Notes: generated by a model from the letters alone, not told the origin. Numbered from the stretch's first letter, positions 43,965 to 55,664 are shown. The stretch is DNA of 64,000 nucleotides from Octopus vulgaris (GCA_951406725.2 OX597816.1:116064001-116128000), one strand, 5' to 3'. Translations and numbers: made by a program.

Positions 43965-44268
43965 GCACTCCGTCGGTTACGACGACGAGGGTCCTCAGCC
44001 TGCCCTTGAAATTAACGTGCAGTTAGCTGAGCACTCCACAGACACGCGTACCCTTGACGTAGTTCTCGGGGAGATTCAGAGTGACACTGAATGTGACAAT
44101 TCCGGCCCTTTGAATTGCAAGTTCAACACATTTTTGCCGGCTCACAAGGCTTTGATTGGCCCGAGGCCACAGTAGAAGACAATTGCCTGAGGTGTTACGC
44201 AGTGGAACAAAACCCGGAACCGCGTGGTTAGGACGAAAGCTTCTTATCACACAGCCATGCCTGCGCCT
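43965..44268 (-). mobile_element. chimeric SINE: family A head fused to an unrelated GC-rich 3' body
   Basis: 44141-44268 matches the family A head; 43965-44140 is not the family A tail seen in the other copies. Confidence 0.6.
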
Positions 44269-44304
44269 ATAAAGATTATAAGACTCACTGATTTTCATTT
44301 CTAA

Positions 44305-44576
44305 TTTTGGCACCAGCCAACAATTTCGGGAGAGGGAGTTAAGTCGATTCTATCAACTCCATTGTTCAACTGGTGTTTACTGGCCAGCAATTTTAAGGGA
44401 ATGTTTATGTCAAGTACATTAATCACAGAGCTCAAGTGTTACTCACTTTATCGACACCAATAGAACGAAATGCAAAGTCGACTTCGGTGGTATTTGAACT
44501 CAAACCTTAAAGAGCCGGAACAAATGCTTTTATGCATTTCGTTCGGCGTACTTAACGATTCTGCTAGCTCGATACC
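44305..44576 (-). mobile_element. older SINE family B copy or copies
   Basis: atcgacacc...caaagtcgacttcggtggtatttgaactc...ttcgttcggcgtacttaacgattctgctagctc. Confidence 0.75.
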
Positions 44577-44808
44577 TATTTCTTTACTACCCACAAGGGG
44601 CTAAGCACAGAGGGGACAAACAAGGACAGACAAACGGATTAAGTCGATTATATCGACCCCAGTGCGTAACTGGTACTTAATTTATCGACCCCGAAAGGAT
44701 GAAAGGCAAAGTCGACCTCGGCGAAATTTGAACTCAGAACGTAGCGGCAGGCGAAATAACGCAAAGCATTTCACCCGGCGTGCTAACGTTTCTGACAGCT
44801 CGCCGCCT
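44577..44808 (-). mobile_element. young SINE family B monomer with 15-bp TSD
   Basis: TSD tgctagctcgatacc at 44562-44576 and 44809-44823; head ggcggcgagctgtcagaaacgttagc; B-box gagttcaaatttcgcc. Confidence 0.92.
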
Positions 44809-47435
44809 TGCTAGCTCGATACCATATTACTAGAAGTGCCATCAAACAGAGATATAATCAACGACTGTTCACTGTGACCATCCTGATTGTATGTGCGACT
44901 ACGTTTTCTAATGTGACTCTTTATTACTTCATTATTACTAAATTGAGCGATATTTGACTGTTATTTTAAATAGGTCAAGTGATCTACTTGAAATAACAGT
45001 GTGGAGAATAGCGTCCGAAAGCTGCGGTTGGTGATCTTATTTTAGTTGTTCGTCCAAGAATATTACTCATATCCTCCCACTCCCAATCTTCCATATTATC
45101 TGACACTCTGAAATGATATATATAGTGCTATCCGTGATTTATGGATTTGTCCAGGAATTTTTTGCTGCTTTTATTACTAGGAAATATTTTCCCCTCTTCT
45201 GTTATGGAATTTACTTCAATCATGTTGTTTGATTTTCTCACGGCATTTATTTAACCTTTACATTCTATTCGTAAAAACGTTAGCCTGCGCGTGCGTGTGT
45301 GTGTGTGCACATGCATGCATATATATGTATTCATATATATTGCTTTGACTTGCCTTGAGACCTTATCTCCTTCATGAAGTCGTCGGGGTAATGTAACATA
45401 TGGTGTATCTAGAGAATTTTTTTAGACCTTGCAGAGCCCATCTTTATCCAGGAGATATCACAGTTAACCTCTTGAAGGATACAGACAGAAAGAAATATGT
45501 GTAGGGAAAGACTATTAATTTTTTTTAATTTATATGAAATTAATACGTTTTATCCAATAATATTAATAATACTTTTTAAAATATGCTTGTTATATCAAAC
45601 CTGAATATTAGTATACGGTTATCCACCTTATCAGCCGATATATCTTCCTTCAACAATCGAACCCTGTATTGCAATAACTGATAAAATCGAAGTTGGTTTT
45701 AAAATAAAATTAGTTATATGAATAATGTCCATTCTTAACAATGTAAAAATAGGAAACGTACAATCGTTTTTTTTTTGTTTTTTTTTTTTTTGTTTTTTAA
45801 GGTGTATTCAGGTTGAATGTGAATACACATTTCGCAAACCAGTTCTTTTACCACTTTCGGGAGAACAACACTATAAAACGGAAATAAGTGGAAATTTTAC
45901 CGGTGAGTGTATTAAGTTATAAGGCACAAAAAGGAAATGACTCTCCCCAGACACAACAGAACACTATAAAACGTTTTAATAGAAATAATGCATTTATCAT
46001 AGAAAGAGGAAACATTAACAGTACAAAATAACGTAAATTGTTCTTTAAATAAATCAGTATATGTATCTTATTGGCATTATAACTCTTTCACAAGCTACAA
46101 GAAAAACATAAATAATTCACATCTTTCTAAATCTATAATTTACTGTGCAAACGTAGTTAAAATTGATAATTCAGTTCTCAAATATTATATAGTGTTAAAT
46201 GAAAATGCATGCAAAGCACAATTTAATCAGCATTAGTGTTCTTTCAGAAACCCGGAATGGTCTTTAGACACCAGTTTGTCAGTCTCTGAAATATATCAAT
46301 GTTAAGGGCTATTAAATTGTTTCGTATATATCGCATATATTACAATCCTTATGAGCAGTATAATGGTGGAGGTGATCTTTGATTTTCATGAAAAATGAAT
46401 ATATTGTTTTATAAATGCTTCATCATGAACAGCATGAATGGTTGTTATTTTTTGTCATAAATCAAAATATTTCTTACAATATTTTGGATAAGCTAACGGC
46501 TGAACACTGAATAGTCGCATAAAAATATTCATGCATGCTCTAAAACAATGTAAAAGTTTTTCTTTAGTTAACGCAAATAAAAATTCGATATTTTTGTCAT
46601 CATATATCAAAACGAACTACATGAAAATCTTTTATATTCTCAACGCATTAATTCAGCGTTTTTAAGATTAATCCTCTATATGAATACAAAAATGATTTTT
46701 CATTTATTACATTGATTACTGAAAAATCGGTAAACGGTATATCTTATACTTTCTGTCAATGTAATTTCAGATGAAAATAAAATTTATAGGAGTCTGAATT
46801 TTTTTATTAAGTTCTTTAGTCAATATATCTGTGTGATGCGTGTTTGTAAGTGTGTGTGTGTAAGTGAGTATATATATGTATAAATAAACGCAAATGGCGT
46901 TTAAAATTTACGACAGCTGTTTCAGTAGAACTTTACTTAATGTAGTCATAAAAGATTACATCATAATATACAATGGTGAGTCGGATTTATGGTTATAAGT
47001 TGGATTTGATACTTGCATATGTACGGTAGGTTGCCGCACTTGAAGTCAGTAATGTTGTTATATTTTACTGTGTGTTCTATGTGACTGTACCTAGCCATTG
47101 TCGATGTCCCGTGATTCTTAAAAATCCTCATAACTAGATTATATATATAGTTTACTGTTCCGTTATAAGTAGGGTCAATAAAAAGTTCTCCATCCAGTGC
47201 GATATAAATATAATTTAATGTATACAGTATTTAAATAAGAGCTACTAATAGTTTCATGTATGTGTTAATTCATAGTCATTTCATATATTTTATATATTAT
47301 CGGTCCGCATTTGCTTTACGCTTAGTCAGTTATTCTCGTAGACTTTGTATAGCATTGCGTTATCGATGTATTAAACGCATAATTCCATATATACATATAC
47401 CTGCATACATATATGTTACACACATATACATACAT

Positions 47436-47484
<49 letters not shown>

Positions 47485-47654
47485 AGTGTGTGTGTGTGTG
47501 TGAGTGTGTGTGTGAATGTGTGTGTGTGTGTGTGTAGGTATGTGTATGTCATTATACAGTTTCATTTCAAGATTTCTTGCCAATAAAGAGGCGGTTTGTA
47601 ACCCTGACCCAAGGCTCCTTTATTGGAATTTCAACATCAATAACAGGATATTTT

Positions 47655-47686
<32 letters not shown>

Positions 47687-47818
47687 TGTATGTATGTATG
47701 TATGTATGTACGTATGTATGTATGTATGTATGTATGTATGTATGTATGTATGTATGTATGTATGTATGTATGTATGTACGTACGTATGTATGAATGTATA
47801 AATACAATACATATATAT

Positions 47819-48374
47819 ATTTTGTTGCACACACGCATTTTTACTAATACATACGTGGTGAAGCTACACATTAGCGTCGTATTTTTACGTTCGTTATTTC
47901 CAGTAAATATCGGTACTTAGTTGTGCCATTTATTTACTAATTTGTGTATTTTTCCCTCACGGGCTACTTTTTACTGGAAGGCAATACTTTGTATTGCATT
48001 ACTGATATTTTGAAACTTCTTCACCGTTTCTCGTACTGTTAGCGTTCCGTATTTCAGTCGAGTGTGTTAGTATTTATGTGGTAACATCGTAGTTTCGTCT
48101 TGGTATATGTTTGGCTGAAGAAGGTAAAGCAAATATGGGTGAGAGACATATCTTGCAAAACCTGAAACCTGCAGGTACCACATTATCCATTTTCCGGGTG
48201 TTTCATCTTTCAGATGTTCTCCCTGGAGGTAAGACGGTTTTTTTTCTCTATTTTGTTGCACACACGCATTTTTACTAATACATACGCGGTGAAGCTACAC
48301 ATTAGCGTCGTATTTTTACGTTCGCTATTTCCAGTAAATATCGGTACTTAGTTGTGCCATTTATTTACTAATTT
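47819..48374 (+). mobile_element. retrozyme/PLE-pLTR-like partial tandem repeat (431-bp period, ~125-bp direct repeats)
   Basis: 47819-47943 recurs at 48250-48374 with 2 mismatches; flanked by (TA)n; one hammerhead inside. Confidence 0.75.
48101..48189 (+). ncRNA. type I hammerhead ribozyme, intact core
   Basis: tggtatatgtttgg-CTGAAGA-aggt(aaa-gcaa-atatg..catat-c-ttgc-aa)acct-GAAA-cctgcagg-TA-ccacattatcca; cleavage predicted after 48177. Confidence 0.85.
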
Positions 48375-48397
48375 ATATATATATATATATATATATA

Positions 48398-51092
48398 TAA
48401 TAATGTTCGTCCTTCGGGTTCGAAGATGACCATTGACATCATTTGGTGGAATTGCTGCTATGAGACCGAATGTGGCTGGTGAGGCCAATCCGGGCAAGAA
48501 AGCCCCTCCCACAGGTGGGGCAGAAGTGGGTAGGGGCTGTGCTATTGGTGCAGGTGGCTCTGGCTTTCCGCATCTGGCGTTTCTGTTCTGCTGACTGAAT
48601 CTGTCTCTCCTCGGGTGTCTTTGCTCCTGTGGTGATTGCGCTGCGCCAGGGTGAGCGGTCGGCAGCAAGTGTCTCCCAAGTCTCTGTGCCGATGGAGAAG
48701 TCTTTGAGAGAGACTTTGAGACTGTCCTTGAAGCGCTTCTTCTGCCCTCCGACTTTGCGTTTGCCCTGGCTTGAGTTCACCGTAGAAGAGCTGTTTTGGG
48801 ATGCGAGTGTCGGACATGCGGGAGACGTGGCCTGCCCATCTCAGCTGGGCCTTGCGCATGATCGTGATGGTGCTAGGGAGATCTGCCTGCTTCAGAACTT
48901 CCGTGTCTGGGACTTTGTCCTGCCAGCGGATGTGAAGGAGGTTCCGAAGACACCTGAGGTGGAAGTGGTTTATCTGACGCTCGTGCCTTCGGTAAGCAGT
49001 CCACGTCTCGCAGCTGTATAATAGGGTGGTAAGCACGACTGCCCGGTAGACTTTCAGCTTGGTGTTGAGGCTGATTCCTCTCCGCTCCCAGACTTTCTTT
49101 CGCAGTCTCCCAAAGGCGCTGCTTGCCTTGGAGATTCTGTTGATGATTTCAGCATCTATGTTGGCATTGCAGGAGAGAGTGCTGCCCAGGTAGGTGAAGT
49201 TTTCCACCGCTCGTCGGATCTGTCCGTTCACCTTTATCTGAGGCTCATGGTATTGTTTGCCGAGGGCTGGCTGAAACATCACTTCGGTTTTCTTGGCACT
49301 GATGGTGAGACCGAAGTTGTCACAGGCTGATGAGAACCTGTCCATCCCGAGCTGCATCTCCTGCTCATCGATTGCGTTAAGGGCGCAGTCGTCAGCAAAG
49401 AGAAAGTCTCTGACGACTGTCTCCCTCACCTTTGTACGGCCTGCAATCTTCTGGAGTTGAAAAGTTTCCCGTCCGTCCTGTACTTGATGTCGATACCGGA
49501 CTTGCAGTCCCTGAAGGCGTCGGACAGCATTGCCGAGAACATGAAGCTGAACAGTGTTGGGGCCAGTGTTGCCTGACTCCGTTGGTCACAGTGTTGCCTG
49601 ACTCCGTTGGTCACCTGGAAGACTTCAGATGAGTTGCCGTCTTCAAGGACTCTGGCTGTCATTCCGTCGTGTAACTGGCGGACAATTACAATAAATTTGC
49701 TGGGGCAACCAAATTTTCCCATGACCTTCCAGAGTCCCTCCCGACTGACTGTATCGAAAGCCCTAGTGTGATCAACAAAGGTCATGCAGAGGTCAAGGTG
49801 CTGCTCCATGCATTTCTCCTGGAGCTGGCGGGCGGCGAATATCATGTCAGTGGTCCCTCGACCCGCGCGGAAGCCACACTGGCTCTCAGGGAGAAGGCCT
49901 TGCTCCAAGTGTTCCAAAAGGCGGTCAAGCAGGACTCGGGTCAGGATCTTGCCTGCTATGGACAAGAGGGAGATTCCTCGGTGGTTGTCGCAGGACTGCC
50001 GATCTCCTTTCTGCTTATAAATGTGGACGATTGTTGCGTCCCGGAAATCTTGAGGGAGTTGTTCCCTGTCCCACATCGACTGGAACAGGCTGGTGAGCTG
50101 ACTGATCATGGTGGGACCGCCCGACTTGAACACCTCTGCAGGTATGGCGACAGAGCCTAGAGCTTTGCCGGTGGACATTTTTTTGATGGCTCTGCTCACT
50201 TCCTCGACTGCAGGGGGAACAGCCAGCTCGTGGTTTGTCGGCACCTGGGGGAGTCGTGCGATGGCTTCCTCGTTGATCTGGGCTGGTCGGTTGAGCACGA
50301 TGTTGAAATGCTCCGCCCATCTCTCCAGGATCAGCCTCTTGTTAGTCAGGAGTGAGGTTCCATCCGAGCTGAGCAGGGGGTTGATCCAAAGGAGGACTAC
50401 GGTCCATAGACAGCTTTCAGCGCCTCGTAGAATTTCTTGGTGTCGTGTTTGTCTGCGTATCGCTGAATCTCATCCGCCTTGGCGCTTAACCATGCGTCTT
50501 GCATGAGGCGGAGTTTTGCCTGGACTGTACTGCGAATGTTGTTGAAAGCAGCCTTCTTTGCCGTGCAGGTGGTGTCATTTTGGTGGGACCGCAGCAGACG
50601 GCGTTTCTCTTCCAGGAGCTTTTGGATTTCCTGGTCGTTTTCGTCGAACCCGTCCTGGTGGTTCCTCGTAACTTGGCCTAGAGTTTCAAGGGCGATGGAA
50701 TGAACCGTGTCCCTGAATGATTCCCACTGCTCATCGATGCTGGACTAGTCATTCCGAATGTCCAACAGCTTGCTGTCCATACGTGACTAGAGATCTTGTA
50801 CAGTCAGCTGGTTCTTTAATTTCGTGATGTTAAGCTTCCTCGTCACTTTCTGACCCTGTGGTCTTCTCTTAGGTTGGATGTAGAAATCCATCCTGGAGAT
50901 GATGAGGCGATGGTCCGTCCAGCAATCAGCTCCACACATGGCTTTGACCAGTCTCACGTCCCGCCTATCTTTCGCCCTGACGATGACGTAATCTATCAGA
51001 TGCCAGTGTTTGGAGCGTGGATGCATCCATGATGTCTTGTTGCGTGTTGGCAGACGGAACAAGGTGTTGGCGATGGTAAGATCATGAGAGGC
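48398..51092 (-). mobile_element. RTE-clade non-LTR retrotransposon (APE C-terminus, RT, C2H2 finger), frameshifted, 5' end lost in N-gap
   Basis: SWMHPRSKHWHLIDY..TDHRL (APE); NHRGISLLSIAGKIL, LPESQCGFRAGRGTTDMIF, AFDTV, LFADD, FTYLGS (RT); CPTCGRGFLARIGLTSHIRSH; short 3' UTR with cttcg-aacc-cgaag hairpin and ATT/TA tail; frameshifts near 49430 and 48780. Confidence 0.96.
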
Positions 51093-51192
51093 NNNNNNNN
51101 NNNNNNNNNNNNNNNNNNNNNNNNNNNNNNNNNNNNNNNNNNNNNNNNNNNNNNNNNNNNNNNNNNNNNNNNNNNNNNNNNNNNNNNNNNNN
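51093..51192. other. assembly gap (100 N)
   Basis: Run of n. Confidence 1.
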
Positions 51193-51249
51193 AAGGATTA
51201 TTTAACGGGTTTCATATTTTGCTAGAAAAATATTTTAATAATAATAATA

Positions 51250-51670
51250 GACGCAGGAGTGGCTGTGTGGTAATTAGCTTGCTAACCAAACACATGGTTC
51301 CGGGTTCAGTCCCACTGCGTGGCACCTTGGGTAAGTGTCTTCTGCTATAGCCCCGGGCCGACCAAAGCCTTGTGAGTGGATTTGGTAGATGGAAACTGAA
51401 AGAAGCCCGTCGTATATATATATATATATATATATTTTATATATATTTGAGTGTGTGTGTTTGTGTGTCTGTGTTTGTCCCCCTAGCATTGCTTGACAAC
51501 CGATGCTGGTGTTTACGTCCCCGTCACTTAGCGGTTCGGCAAAAAGAGACCGATAGAATAAGTACTGTGCTTACAAAGAATAAGTCCCGGGGTCGATTTG
51601 GTCGACTAAAGGCGGTGCTCCAGCATGGCCGCATTCAAATGACTGAAACAAGTAAAAGAGTAAAAGAGTA
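51250..51670 (+). mobile_element. SINE family A, full-length young copy
   Basis: gacgcaggagtggctgtgtggtaa...ccgggttcagtcccactgcgtggcaccttgggtaagtgtct...gtaaaagagtaaaagagta, inserted in (AAT)n. Confidence 0.93.
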
Positions 51671-51684
51671 TAATAATAATAATG

Positions 51685-51727
<43 letters not shown>

Positions 51728-51728
<1 letters not shown>

Positions 51729-51917
51729 TCGAACAGGGGAGGTCAGCCGCTTCACCTTGCTAGTCAGACATCTGCAGACATGTTTCAGGGTTGTTGCCCT
51801 TTATCAATGCAGCGTAGTCAGAACCAGCAGGTGTCGCTACTGACCGTCTGTTCGAAGATTTTATTTACCTAGTTACAGTGACTAGCAAAGTGAAGCGACT
51901 GACCTCCCCTGTTCGAA
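51728..51917. mobile_element. 190-bp module with 39-bp inverted termini enclosing a hammerhead
   Basis: 51728-51766 vs reverse complement of 51879-51917: 37/39 identical. Confidence 0.8.
51772..51812 (-). ncRNA. minimal type I hammerhead ribozyme, U3-A8 variant
   Basis: ctgca-TTGATAA-aggg-caacaa-ccct-GAAA-catg-TC-tgcag: perfect 5-bp stem I, 4-bp stem II, palindromic ACATGT, GUC site. Confidence 0.85.
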
Positions 51918-52238
51918 GGTTGTAATGGACGCAGGTTCGTGTGTCATATAGCTAGCTAGAGGCGATGGCCTCTTGGAGCTAATCAGTGACAGCTTTAATC
52001 TTATTTATAGACTGCCTTATTAGTATGGCGATAACTATTAATATCCAGTAACGCTGCCATAATCTCCTTTAGAGAGACTTAGTAATTTTAATATACATAT
52101 ACATATATATATATATATATCATCATCATCATCATCATCGTTTAGCGATGATGATGATGATGATGATGATGATATATATATATATATGTATATGTGGTAT
52201 ATATATATATATATATGCGTGTGTGTGTGAGTGTGTAT

Positions 52239-52321
<83 letters not shown>

Positions 52322-52389
52322 TAGATGCACACACTTACGCACGCACACATCCACACACACACATTCTCACATACAGACGCAGGCGCACC

Positions 52390-52643
52390 TGCGTTTTGGG
52401 ATCACCCTTACTTTATTATTTCCCCTTTCTTGTCAAACCTTTTTTTCCAACCAGTCAGCATGCTTGGCCGCTGAAATTCACAAGTTCTTTTTATTCTCTC
52501 TATACTTTCTTTCTCTTATTACTTTTTGTTGAAGAGTGTAGGCTCGAAATGTAAAAGACTCTCACTTTTTCGAGCGACAGTCTAATACACCTGCTTGTTC
52601 TTCATACACTTGTCTTCGTTTTTTGTTTTTCTGTAAATTTCAA

Positions 52644-52645
<2 letters not shown>
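52390..52645 (+). mobile_element. PLE-terminus-like repeat with decayed hammerhead (52521-52560)
   Basis: cttt-ttgttga-agagt-gtag-gctc-GAAA-tg-TA-aaag; tail homologous to 37745-37830. Confidence 0.55.
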
Positions 52646-52724
<79 letters not shown>

Positions 52725-52799
52725 ATAGGTAAAGATAAACTTACTTGGGAATGGATGCATCGCGTTCAATTAATTAAATAAATAATAACATTATGATAT

Positions 52800-52877
<78 letters not shown>

Positions 52878-52952
52878 GAAAAGGAACACACGAGTTGATA
52901 TATATGAAAAAACAAGTCAAAATAGAAAATGCTAAAATAATTTTATAAAGAA

Positions 52953-53000
52953 CATTTCAGTACCGGTTTCGGTCATTTTGAGACCTTTTCAACTGTAACG
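52953..53000 (-). ncRNA. minimal type I hammerhead ribozyme, U3-A8 variant (left arm)
   Basis: Reverse complement identical to 53213-53260. Confidence 0.82.
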
Positions 53001-53212
53001 ATTAAATAATTAAATTTAGAAAAAATTAAAAGAAAAGTTTTTTTAAAGGAATATTTGTATAGTGTTCAAATATAAGTGGCATTCTGCCTTTCTCTGTCTC
53101 CCTTGTTTGCACTTGTGTGTTCGAGGCAGAATGCCACTTATATTTGAACACTATACAAATATTCCTTTAAAAAAACTTTTCTTTGTATTTTTTCTAAATT
53201 TAATTATTTAAT

Positions 53213-53260
53213 CGTTACAGTTGAAAAGGTCTCAAAATGACCGAAACCGGTACTGAAATG
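53213..53260 (+). ncRNA. minimal type I hammerhead ribozyme, U3-A8 variant (right arm)
   Basis: cgttacag-TTGAAAA-ggtc-tcaaaat-gacc-GAAA-ccgg-TA-ctgaaatg; cleavage predicted after 53252. Confidence 0.82.
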
Positions 53261-53325
53261 TTCTTTATAAAATTATTTTAGCATTTTCTATTTTGACTTG
53301 TTTTTTCATATATATATATATATAT

Positions 53326-53488
53326 ACGATGGGCTTCTTGCAGTTTCTGTCTACCAAATCCACTCACAAGGATTTGGCCGGCCCGAGTCTATAGTAGATG
53401 ACACTTGCCCAACGTGCCATGCAGCGGATGCTGAATCCGGAAGCATGTGATTGAGAAGCAAGCTTCTTACCAACGCAGCCTCTCCTGC

Positions 53489-53491
<3 letters not shown>
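53326..53491 (-). mobile_element. SINE family A, 5' half
   Basis: ctaccaaatccactcacaagg...gacacttgcccaa...ctgaatccggaagcatgtg. Confidence 0.85.
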
Positions 53492-53519
<28 letters not shown>

Positions 53520-54093
53520 ACAAAACCTTGTACACTAGAATGTATGTATACTGGAGGAATTTCCCAAGGAAAAAATTTCTCTCTGTAGATTTTGAGTGAA
53601 AAATACATCTAACAGAGTTCTAAGTCATACTAATAGGCTATTAAAAATGGTGTTCTGGCGTAAAGTAATTTCGCATCTTCGGTCATTTGAAGCTAAGCCG
53701 TAACTTGTGTTCCTAAATTTAGATATGCTCAGTATAGAAAACAGATAGTAGTGCTCAAATGAATTTGAACTTAAACTTCGAATTTATAGTAGATTAGGTT
53801 GACGGCGTCAAAAGTAGTTAAGAGAGAAATCCAGAACGACCTGACATGGTGCCAGTGAAGCAGATAAATACAACTATACATACATACATACATACATACA
53901 TACATGCATACATACATATATACCTACATACATACACACATGTATATATATATACATGTATATGTATATATATATGTATATATATGTGTATATATATATG
54001 TGTAAATATATATGCATGTATATATATATATGTATATATATTGATAGATAGATAGATAGGAAGAGATAGATACATGCACACAAATATACGTGC

Positions 54094-54141
<48 letters not shown>

Positions 54142-55341
54142 ATATATGTATAGATATAGATATATAAAGCATACATTTATGATATTAATTTCTTCTGCAT
54201 CACTCTCTTTTATCTCTTAATCACTCCTTCTCATCTCCAGTATCGGTCATCCCCCACCTCTCAGTATTTGTATCATTCTATAAGCTAACAGTGTCATACT
54301 TCTGTCTAGACGTGTCAGTAAACTGAAACAGCCTTTGTTCATGCGATAAAATAAAATACTATTATTTTGAAGAGAACTGTCATAGAGGAATCATGTTGAG
54401 AGAGAGAGAGGGGGGAGAGAGCGAGAGAGAGAATATGAGAAAGACAGATACCGTGTGGAAGGGATAAATAGAGAGATCGAGAAACAGGCTGACAGGAACA
54501 GAGAAAGAGAACGTTGTTTAAAAGAGAGCAGAGAGGGAGAAAATTCTTCAGATGATGGAAATGTCAGTTGCTTGAGATCTGTTAGCGAAAGCGAGGTGAA
54601 ATAAGGAAAAAGAGAATGAGAAAGACAGCAAGAGAGATATATGAAAAGTGTGAATGAAGAGCTGGCTCATTTAAGTTCAGCGTGGTCCCTTTTCTTTAGA
54701 CACCACGCTACTTAGTGAGTAGGCGGGAAGTTTAATCAATTTGATCCGCTTGTGTTAAAAGTTGTTGATATTTATTATTTCCTACATCTAGAGTTGAATG
54801 AAAGGAAAGATAGAAGGGAGCCTTTCCTTTCTTTCTCCTAGCTCGCAGCTTCTTGTAAAAGGCACGACCCCATCCACGAATTTGCTAAAAGCAGCCAGGT
54901 AGAACGGAACTGAATCGAATCGAATCATATAATACACGACGACACGAATTTACAGGGGTTGGTGTACGGGGTATTTGACGGCGAAGAAATGTTTACGTGT
55001 GTTGTTCAGAGAGAGACATGAGTTGAGGAAGGAAAGATGCTAAGTCACATGCTGTGATCTGAAATTGCAGTGTCATTTATACCAGGATGTGAAGAAAGCT
55101 CCCTTCTGTGTGTTGTCATCGCCTCTTTTCTGTTACTGAGACGCTTCCCTGAGTCCTTGTTCCTTTATTCTTCTTGCTTGCTGTTATTGTTATGTTGCCA
55201 TTGATGTTGTTGCTGTTGCTGTTGTTGAGGATGATGATTATGTCGTTGTTGCTGATATTTTTGTTCTTATTATTGTCACCACCAAAAAAGCTACCTCCAC
55301 CACCATCACCACCACCACAATCAACACCACCTCCATCATCG

Positions 55342-55381
<40 letters not shown>

Positions 55382-55458
55382 ATTTATCATCATCATTACT
55401 ACAACTAATAATATTAATACTAATACTGTTGCCGCTGCTATTTTTGCCTCTGCTATAT

Positions 55459-55519
<61 letters not shown>

Positions 55520-55588
55520 GATATTATAATAATAATAATAATAATAATAATAGTAGTAGTAGTAGTAATAATAATAATAATAATAATG

Positions 55589-55635
<47 letters not shown>

Positions 55636-55664
55636 CCTTTCTATTAATAATAATTATAATAATC

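Larger units (their letters stand above)
52898..53315. repeat. near-perfect 192-bp-arm palindrome with 34-nt spacer
   Basis: 52898-53089 vs reverse complement of 53124-53315; only 2 mismatches seen by eye. Confidence 0.95.

Noticed and set aside
49768-50703. Plus-strand ORFs over the LINE
   Set aside because: Antisense shadows of the GC-rich RTE ORF
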